41,530 nt of DNA from Atractiella rhizophila. Taxonomy: Eukaryota. The position numbers were made by a program, and so were the translations under genes. The stretch covers positions 186,001-227,530 of the forward strand of contig MU271186.1 in the NCBI GenBank assembly GCA_021432655.1, read 5' to 3'. Under the pieces are notes generated by a model, which ran no database searches, was not told the origin of the DNA, and saw nothing but the letters and a program-made list of their open reading frames with translations. Positions 24,753-34,265 of this stretch are shown here, one piece after another. Within the stretch, counting starts at the first letter, position 1; the number at the start of each line of letters is the position of its first letter.

Positions 24753-26672
24753 TCACATGGTGGCGGTGACCGCTTCTTTAGTTATCATCCATCTATCAAG
24801 CTCTCTAAACTGTTTCCACGCGCTACCATTCTCTTTGATGCTGTTTCTCCACGTTGTCCCTAACTGCCCCACATTTTTCCTCTTCTTGTCGGCCTCATCC
24901 CCTGCCCTCATCCGTTGCAGCACATCCTTCAGCTCCTTCCTACGCGCCTCGCTTGTTCCCTCGATTTTGGTTCCACCATTCCGATATGCTAAACCCTTCT
25001 CCAACGCTTCCCCTGTGCGGAATTGCAACAATTCGATTCCTACATCGAAGTACTCTTCTGAGCTAAGAATTATCGCATTCGTTCCTTGATCTCCGTGGAA
25101 AGGCATTAAAATCATGGGCATTTCGAAGATTAGCGCTTCAGTGGATGAGTTCATGCCACCATGTGTAAGGAAAAGGCCAAGCCCTGGGTGCTGGAAAATG
25201 AGAGTTTGTGGAACCCATGGCAGAAAGAGACACTGAGGTGAAGTTTTGATACGTTCGGCGAGGGCAGAAGACAAGTTTGCCAGCGGCGACGAGAGAGCAA
25301 AGAGGAAGGGAATCGGCGGCTGCATGTTCAGCAATGTCTCAACGATGTCTTCCACGATCTCCGGATGACGAGCCCTGGTGAAAGTCAGCTAAAAGCCCTA
25401 TGGTCCAAATTGACAACGTACGGCCAGAAAAACGATCCAAAACTAATGTACAACACGCTCCTTGCTCCGAACTCCTCCTCGCATTTATCCAAAAATTTGA
25501 ACACAGCCGTGTCTCCGTCTTTTGTAGCCAGAGGTCTCGCGAGTGTTCCAGCAGCTTTCGAATCGCCAGCAGTCCAAACGGTTGGGGGTTGTTGAGCACC
25601 AACAAGGAAAAGAGGGCGAATGCCGTTCTTTCCCAAGATTTGTTGGCCTGCCATGAGGGCTTCGGGTGGTTCCTTCCACAAGGAATCAATGACAATCAGT
25701 GGCGACGGAGAAGAAGACTTACGTATTCTTCAATAGTTTGAAAGATAATACCGTCAACGTCATTGTTCAATTCAAGAAGGCGTGAAAATATCTTGTCGAC
25801 ATCCTTCGGCACTTCAGGCTCCTGCGGGGTTGCTTCCCATTCATATACGATTGGTAGCCCAGGAGTATTGATAAGGCGATCAGGCTGCCTCCTGGGATCG
25901 TGAAAAGCGAACTATAAGAAAGTTTAGGCGTGCGAACGAAACTAAAAGAAGCGCACATATGCTGCAATTTCGTCTATTGACCGTCCCCGTCTCTCTTCCG
26001 GGTTTTCAAAAGTAGTTTTGGCGTCTTCGATGATGTTGCCCTGCCCTCCAAACTCTGCCGGAGCCACGGTCCTGATTCAAAAGAACCATCAGTCAAAGTT
26101 ACGACATGGTCGCGGCCCTACCTCAGCCAGGCATGCAGCGGCGTGCCAATCCATTCCAAAATCGGTAAATGGTGTTTGCCTTCGGCTCTCAATCTTGTTG
26201 ACGCTGCGCCACCAAACATGTCCTCCCAAATACAGCATGGTTGGGGGAATGTTTTGAGATCGTGAACGACTCCAAGCGCGTCCGCCACTTCTCCCTTCTC
26301 GCCAAAAGCAGCTAGCAGCCTCTCGAGGGTAGTGTAGAGATCAGCCTGAGATTTGAGAAAGAAGTTTTCAATGGCAGATGGATTGGCATTTGGTTCACCA
26401 ACAGCGATAAAATCGATCGCGCAGGAGAGATTCTGGGAACTCAACTCCTGCTCAAGTTTCGGTACTAATTCACCTTGGGCCAAGAAGGTGACATGGTATC
26501 CGAACAAGTTTGCAACTGTCGCAGCGAGATTGAGAAGTGGCCGTGCATGACCCTAACAAGTTTGCAGGCTCTGTTAACGTCTCAAAGGGATATGCGCATG
26601 AATGCTTACCCAGCTAGGAGTGCAAACGACAATGATCCCTCTCCGATTCAGGCTGGACATATTGATAGGCAT
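24753..26672 (-). CDS. UDP-glycosyltransferase (GT1 family), copy 2
   Basis: IIVVCTPSW-GHARPLL, CIWEDM, VLYISFGSFFWP, and a PSPG-like box WVPQTLIFQHPGLGLFLTHGGMNSSTEALIFEMPMILMPFHGDQ. Start is ATG 26672 (or 26660). Confidence 0.92.
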
Positions 26673-27030
26673 AGGCACAACTAGTATTCAGCGTACGTCT
26701 CTCGCTTTGTTCATATACTTCCCATCTTTTTACAAACCGAGATACTCCCCACGCCTTCTACTACATCCTTGCTGAAGATGTTCGCGCAGAAGAAAGGCTA
26801 ATTTCGGTTAAAGATCTCGAGGGAAGCGACCACCGATAGAGGAGGCGGCGGAGGATGCACTTCGCAAACCTTGGATATTTACAAGGGAGCTCCCCACGGG
26901 GAAGAGTGAAGATCCGCACTGTAGTCGGGCAATCCCCTAATAAGCGCTTGATTCTCAGAAGGAGCGACTGCGATGGATTTCATCTGCCTGTAACTCAGCC
27001 GCACTCCGCCAAGCATTCAGCTGTCCAAAC

Positions 27031-29107
27031 ATGGGACCTCCAGACTCCGTTCCCAAAACAGGCCCGCATATTCTATGTACTACCATTCCACTCTGGGCAA
27101 GTTCTCCCTTTGATTGCTCTCTCAATATTGAGCAGATAATGATGAAGTAATAAAGGGACACTGCCGCTGTCTCATCGCTTTCAGCTGTAGTCTTCTCCTC
27201 CGTTTCCCTGACTACACCATCAGCATTATTCTCTCACCCTTCCTTCTCGATCAGGCGAATCGTGAAATCGCCAAGTGGACTCTCTCTCCTACCCAATGCA
27301 AATCACTCCGCCTCATCGCAGCAAATGCATCTGATCCACCAGAACCGGGAGTACCTCTCAATCTCCTTTCCGCTGCGCAAAGAGATCTTGGAAGCACGCT
27401 TCGCCGTGTTCTGCACTCAGTAGAGAAAGAAACCGCCTTTGAAGATGTAAATGGAGTGAAACACGACTTCGGAATCGCTGTGAGAAAGCCTTGCGTCATT
27501 TTCGAGGATTGCATGGGAGGAGCTTGGGGGATACGATTGAAAGAGGAAGGACTGCACATCCTCAAAGTTGTTGATTTCATTAGCACCAGCCTCTATGGAT
27601 GGACCCAGTATGTGGTCTGCTCCCCAGCGATTTCCTCAGAATGAAAGCTATACAGGACGCCAGCGGGACCAGAAGACGGAGGAATGGGCAACGTCCCTGC
27701 CGATGCCCAGGCTTTGGTCTCGACTTCATCTAATCCTTCTGAGCAAGACTTGATCGGAATAATGGACACTGTTCGCTCTCTTTGTCTGCCTAATCGATTG
27801 ACGAGACGGTTTGTAGATGATGCGAAATAATCCACGCTTCAAAGATGGCATGCATCGATACGCAGGATTTCCAGATCGATATGAATTCGAACAAGCTCCA
27901 CAAGCGATTTTAGAGAGCCGGATAGTAGCTGAGGCGCTCCCCGAAATGCTCAGACTGAGCAATGAGAGTGACGCCTTGATCATTCACAGCATTGAAGAGT
28001 TCGTAAGTCGGACCAGTCTCACAGAGTATGCGGAGGCAGTTCATATGTTGAACAGGAGCCTCCTGCGGCGCTCAAGGCAGGGTTGCGCATCCATGGAAAG
28101 GAAGGGAAGAAACCGCTCTTCCTTGTTGGTCCTCAGCTGGCGCCGTCTACCTGGAACTCACTGCCAGAGCATGTCACGGACATTCCACCTGCCGTTACTC
28201 ACATTGGAGTGAACGATCAACAGGACGCAGAGCCAGATTTTAACATCGAATACCTGGACGATATGCAGGCGAAATATGGAAAGCGAAGCGTGGTATACGT
28301 GAGCTTTGGCTCCATAGTTTGGCCGTGTGTGTTTGTCATGTCCCAATATGTACTTTTAATGACGAGGGGATGCAGGATCACAACGCCTGAAATCGTGCGT
28401 ACTATCGTCACGACATTGCTATCGCTAGATCCTCCCACACCTTTCCTTTTCGCGACTGCTTCGCCAGCTGCCTCCGTAGATCCGGAGCTGCAGAAAATGG
28501 CAGAGAAGTCAGGAAAGGGAAGATTTAGCAAATGGGTCGATCAAACGAGAGTATTAAGACACGAGGTGCGCAACTTGTTATCTTCCGCAAAATCATACAT
28601 AATCAAGAATGAGCAAAGGCTATCGGTGCGTTCCTGACGCACGGCGGCCTCAACGGAGTCATGGAAACGATGCTTTGTGGGATTCCGATGATCGTACTTC
28701 CTTTTGGAGGAGACCGTCAGTCATTTGGTCCTAGGCATCCTCATCGAATTGATCACCTATACACAGAGCCCCTGACTGCTCTCCATCTGTCCTTGAACCT
28801 CAAAGTGGGAATCGAGCTTCTACAGTTCCGCACTGGTCCCCAAAACACAATCGCCTTTCGTCCAGATCTCGTAACGGGGACAGAGCACACGACAATCGAC
28901 CAAAGTGACGAGAGCAGAGCACAAGAATTGAAAAATGCTCTGAAGCTAATTCTGCAAGGAGAAGAAGGGAGGAAAATGAGAACAACAGTGGAAGGATGGG
29001 GAAAGGTTTTCTTCGACAGCGCCAGGGAAAATGGATCGGCTTGGAGAATGATTGGAAAGTTGGACGGATGGTTGAAAGATCAAGACAAAATCTTAAATGT
29101 ACTTTAG
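27031..29107 (+). CDS. UDP-glycosyltransferase (GT1 family), copy 3
   Basis: MGPPDSVPKTGPHILCTTIPLW-GHCRCLI (via a GC-AG intron at 27097-27155), VIFEDC, VVYVSFGS, and a PSPG-like box WVDQTRVLRHE-AIGAFLTHGGLNGVMETMLCGIPMIVLPFGGDQ. Confidence 0.9.
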
Positions 29108-29246
29108 ATTCAGGCAAAAGCCAATTGATAATGGAGCAATTTTACCACTTCACATAAAGAGCTTACAATACATCCACGTCTCCCCAGTCATCCTACACCT
29201 ATCCTGAGCTTGCCACCGCCTCCTATTCAACGATGCACCAAATTCT

Positions 29247-30296
29247 TCACTTTGATCCAATTATGCTGTTCAGTGGCGAGGCTCGATGATGTTTCGATGT
29301 TTCGGCAGGGGAGGCCATAAACTCTAATTCCCTATCATTCAAGCTCCATCCTTCCACCCCTTCCCTGATCTTCGATACGTCAACAATCCCGCTATTTGTC
29401 CTGGACATGGTTGGCGTTTCATTCTTTCTTGGAGTATTCGACCCCGAACCCGTCGCTCACCTTGAAAGAGACGCTTTCGATTTCGGTGTTAAAGTACCAG
29501 CAGCTGAAGCTGTGCCAAAGCAAAACAAGTTAATCTCAAAGGCTCCCCTTCCTCAGACGCGAGAGCCACCCAGTCTTCTTCCTTCAAATCGACAAGAGAG
29601 GGAGTCGGACAAGACCCCGCTAGTGTTTGGAAACAACGGACATCTTCGTCCCGCTCCTAACGGAGAGGATACGAGCGTCTGGGCTAGGGTCTTCAAATGC
29701 AGCATGGTGGACAGAGGAAACAAGTGATGGAATGGTACGATGGATGGAAGAGACGTTGAAGCCAGGTTTAATCGTGCTCGCAAAGGAGGATCCACAGGCA
29801 TAAACATGGGAAGAGACCTGAAACATAGCTGGTGGTAGCGGTGGGAATGGAACCTCGGCAGGCTTTTCTGAAGCAATATGAACGGCAGAGGCCGGAGATG
29901 CTGCCGGAAGAGTGTCGATGTTCACTTTCTTCTTCGAAGCAAGCATCTTCTGTTGAAGTTTCGACAGCTTCTTCCCACCAACAGGACTTGCATCCACCAT
30001 CGTACCTTGTGTTTCTGCTACTTTGCTCGCTTGATTACCCGAAGTAGCGGTGGTAGCCTTCCGTCTGGAAATGGAGAGAGCTTGTAATGCAGAGATTGGC
30101 TGATCGTCTTCCATTGCTTCGTGATCGTCGTCTTGAAGGAAGAGAAGCCTGAACCTTGCGCATTCAAGCTCAGAAGGGAAACACAAACTTTTTTAGTCGA
30201 TTTATCTCTCCTCTTCCTCTCTTTTTGCAATGCCCAGTCCGTCGTACGTTCCACATGGAAGTATGAGTCCCACATACCTAGTTCCAGTTGGTTCTT
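29247..30296 (-). pseudogene. HBS1/SKI7-like locus lacking the GTPase domain (functional Ski7-like gene or partial, decaying duplicate)
   Basis: HBS1_N-like helix LGMWDSYFHVERTTDWAL, then ISALQALSISRRK, KLSKLQQKMLASKKK, ACGSSFASTI and AFEDPSPDARILSVRSGTK (similar to the Ski7/HBS1L-short F..PSPDD.V motif), ending at the stop at 29620. A further Ser/Thr-rich exon starts at 29509 and ends at 29247 with no GHVDAGKS P-loop. No convincing start or acidic N-terminus was found. Confidence 0.55.
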
Positions 30297-30909
30297 CTAC
30301 TTCCAAGTACATTTCGAGCAATTAGCAGCGGAGCTAACCGGAGTAAGACACCACGAGGAACCGGAGATTGATGAGTAATTTGCAGTCGTTTGCAGCCTTA
30401 ACATTTGACAATGTTGAGGCTGTTGAGGCCTTCGAAGAGTTGGGGAGAAATGACAAGACGATGGATATTTGAACAGTGTTGCAATTGCCAAAGCAGTAAC
30501 GTCGTGGCATGATTGGTGGGATCTTGGTGCGTTGCGTTTGTCAGCTTCGACTTGCTCGTCAGGCCATCAGGCATCATAAATGCTCAATCTCCCAGGGTCT
30601 ACACCACACATTTACCGAGTAGTATAACGCAGAGGCGTCAGAAAGTGAGGCTCATTCCTCCGTATCGGGTGGAACGAATATGAAAACAAGAAAATGAGCC
30701 TGAAAGTGATCTATGGCAAACATGCTTCTTGTTTATAAGAGATAATCCCCTCTCCCTGGATTTCCTCTAACGCCGCTTCATTATTCGTTGGTGTGGACTT
30801 CTCTCTTCCTTCTTTCTTTCTTTGCGGCTTCTGCTTGTTCAAACTGAAGAAGAGATGACCTTTCCACGCAAAGTTCGTTCCGAGTCGGTTATGGCTATCT
30901 CGCTGCCTA

Positions 30910-30942
30910 TACTTACCAATAGGTGTACTTACTAATAGGTGT
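30910..30942. repeat. 16-bp tandem duplication
   Basis: tacttaccaataggtg / tacttactaataggtg (1 mismatch). Confidence 0.85.
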
Positions 30943-31416
30943 TTGAATGCTTCGTGCTTGTGCTTGTACCTATCTATTCTTACTCTGTTTCCCACAATAG
31001 TTGAGCACCTGTGCAGTCCAACTGCCTTTGCAATCGGCGCTGGAAACACTTTTCAAACACGTTCTCAGGTACTCCCTCCCAAACTTCGACTACAGTGAGT
31101 TTCCGCGCCGGATCTTCCATCCTCGCTTCTCAACTCTACACGCCCCTCCCTATGGCCGCTTTCAATGGTCAATACCCCCACACCACCGAATCACTGTCCA
31201 TGCAAATTTGGATTAGCTTACGGTGACGGAGAACACGCAGATGAAGATCTGGAGAAGGACGTCGAGGTACGGAGGGGATGGCGAAATTAGGGTTACAAGA
31301 CGAACAGCAACGTCTTTCTTTACTCAATGGGGAATTTTTCCTCAAATTATCCAGAGATAGGTAAAAGCATAACGGCATGTTATAAGGTATGATTGGGGAA
31401 CGGCATCCGATGGAAC

Positions 31417-33658
31417 ATGATGGCCTCTACTGTGACCATGATGTTTCAGTGGGAGAAGCTGGGTGCAGTGGTCTGTATCTCCTTATCTCTAAATGTGCGT
31501 GAACATTCTATACGGCTCCCGTCTCTGCAAGGTAATAGCTGACGCAGTTGTGCTATGGCAGTACATCTACCTCTCATATCCATATTATCGTGCAATTATT
31601 GTCCTATGGCCGACACTATCCCACTATCTGTCAGTCTTAACTGGTCATGCTTTTCCCAATCTCCCACAACTTGCTTCCTTCTGGCTCTCGTATGCACTTT
31701 ATTTGTGCTTGGTTTTCACGGCAGTGTTCCTCTATCGACTTTCGCCCCTTCATCCACTCGCCCCTTTCCCAGGACCAAAGCTGGCGAAACTCAACATGTG
31801 GTGGTACCTTCCTCAGGCTGTCAAAGGGACAGAGAGATGGGACATGAAAGAGCTGCACGAAAAGTACGGTGATTTTGTCAGGATTGGTACGCTTCTATGT
31901 CTTTATCGGTGATCAATATCTGAGAGAGATGCAATAGGCCCCAACCACCTCTGCATACGGAGTGTGGACGCTTTAAAGGAGGTCTATTCGTACAGAGCTA
32001 ATGTGAAAAGGAGCAATTGGTACGTCCAGGTTTCTTATCACATAATAGCCCCTTGCCAAGGATGAAAGTAGGTACGATGCTCTCGACGATCCCAAGCATC
32101 CCGGAGTCAAGAGTAAGTTCGATTACTTCTTGATTCCCGTTCTGTTCCTTGTCATAACACTTCTCAGGTCTCATGGGTATGCGCGAGAAGGGACCACATT
32201 CTGAAAGGAGGAGGATGTGGGAACCTTTGCTAGGGATCGAAGGGTGCGCTTCTTTCAACATATTTCCAGATATCTGACAAAATTCGAAATAAAAAGTCTC
32301 GCGCGTTTTCGACCCATAATGAGAGCAAAACTCTCTGAGCTCGTACATCATCTGGAACGCTTATCTGAAGATGGACCCATTTGCTTGTCTGACTGGTTTA
32401 GTTTCTTTCAGGTATGTCTTCTTTCCATGTTCAACATTGTGAGGAGAGAGATAAATCGTCTCTTAGGTCGACGTCATGGGGTTTGTCCTTGTACCACCCT
32501 AACTTTCATTCGCTTTGACTAATTTCGATAGCGAACTCACGTTCTCCGGAGGTTTCACCCTCATGCGTGACGGGGAAGACAAGAATGGCTACCTACGAGA
32601 CATAGGTCTGCTCATGCGACTCGTCAAAGCACTAGGACACATGCAATTCCTCCTCCCGTTATTCTCTCTGCTTCCCCAGTCACTGATCCAACCCGGGCTG
32701 CGATGGAAGGCTGAAGAGCTGGTGAAAAAGAGGACGAACAGGAATGCTGAATCATTCAAGGATCTTTATTACTTTCTAGTGGGTTCCTTCTCCTTGACGC
32801 TCCTGGTCATTTGATGTGTGAATGGCCAGCTAGACGAGGAGAACGAAGGAAATAAACAGCGGAAGAACATTGACGAATACTCTTTGTACAATGACGCTGC
32901 TTTAGCAATAATTGCTGGTTTGCCAAAGTTCCATGCACATTGAAATACTAATGTAGTTATGCAGGAGGAGAAACAACTGCGATCACCTTGACATACCTCT
33001 TCTACGCGCTCCTTCAGTCCGGCTGGCTCAGCAAACTGCAGGCTGAAATTGATTCCGCATTTCCAGACAAGGAGATTGACGACATTTCTTTGCAAAACCT
33101 TCGTCTGTCTTATTCTGTCAGAGTCTCGTATATTTAACAACATTACAGGTTCCCTTCCTCTCCTCACAGCTGTGATCAACGAATCGCAGCGATTAAATCC
33201 CACAGTTAGCTCCGGCCTGCCACGAGAGATTGTCGATACTCCGCTACTGATCGATGGACGGTTTATACCCGTTGGAACCACTGTTTGCGTTCCATTCTAT
33301 GCAGTCGCGAGAGATGAGCGATACTTCTATCACCCTGACGAATTTCGACCTCAGAGGTGGTTGCCCTCGCGTCCTGAGAAGGAAACCTTTGAAGCGAAAG
33401 CCTCCGTGCCCTTCAGCTCCGGTGAGTTATCCATTCATGTGATCATTCACAGGTGAGAAATATTCTGTAGGTGCCTATTCTTGTATCGGGAAGAGTCTTG
33501 CGATGGAGGAGCTCCGCACTGTGTTGGTGGTCTTGCTCAAACACTTTGAGTTCAACCTTTCAGATGACTTCAACGAGGACAAGTTTCTGAGCAGCAGCAG
33601 GGACTTTTTGGCTATGACCAATCCTCCATTGGAAGTATACGTTAAGAAGAGACATTAA
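31417..33658 (+). CDS. Cytochrome P450 monooxygenase (CYP5035/CYP53-clan-like), 12 exons
   Basis: YRLSPLHPLAPFPGPKLAKL, LHEKYGDFVRIGPNHL, I-helix AIIAGGETTA, ExxR (INESQRL), EFRPQRW and heme motif PFSSGAYSCIGKSLA. Eleven GT..AG introns spliced in frame. Stop TAA at 33656-33658. The family assignment is by motif resemblance only. Confidence 0.93.
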
Positions 33659-34265
33659 GGATTTTTTTGAATCTTGAAATGCTATGTAATTATCAATTTT
33701 TGTGCCGTTTCACCCTAAGTTGTGCGAACAAGGAAACAGAATAAGGTTCCGACGCCGAAGAGAAAAACAAATTCCCTCCGCCCTTTGTTACAACAGGTAA
33801 TCCTATTGTATCACAGATGTGCGGAAATAGATCTATCATCCAATTTTTGTGGATAAATTCCCACGTTGACATAGACTTTGGCCCTAATCGCATGGAGAAT
33901 GCTGAAAATCGATAATCAAAGCCCATACCCGAATGGAATCCCGAATGCATGGCTATTAGCAGCACCGTCATTTCAAAAGAATAAGGAAACACTGTCACCG
34001 CGTCTAACTCACGGTCTCCAGGGACCGACGTAGGATTTGCGAGGAAAGACTGTTAGAAGTTAATCGTGCGTGATATGCAGAAAGCAGTCACAGCAGCTGC
34101 TTTGCGCATTAGGAAAATTTTTCCTTTTAACCGGCTCGTCCCTTGACTTATCAGCGTAGCACAGGGCTGTAATGCCTAAGAATCATAGTAGATAAAAGCG
34201 AGCTTGCATCCTCTACCGAAAGATTCAGCGCACAACACTTCTGTGAACATCTCTGACAGCTCAAT

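Noticed and set aside
30620..30650. ataacgcagaggcgtcagaaag, faintly resembling 25S rRNA segments
   Set aside because: Too short and discontinuous, with no extended rRNA similarity.
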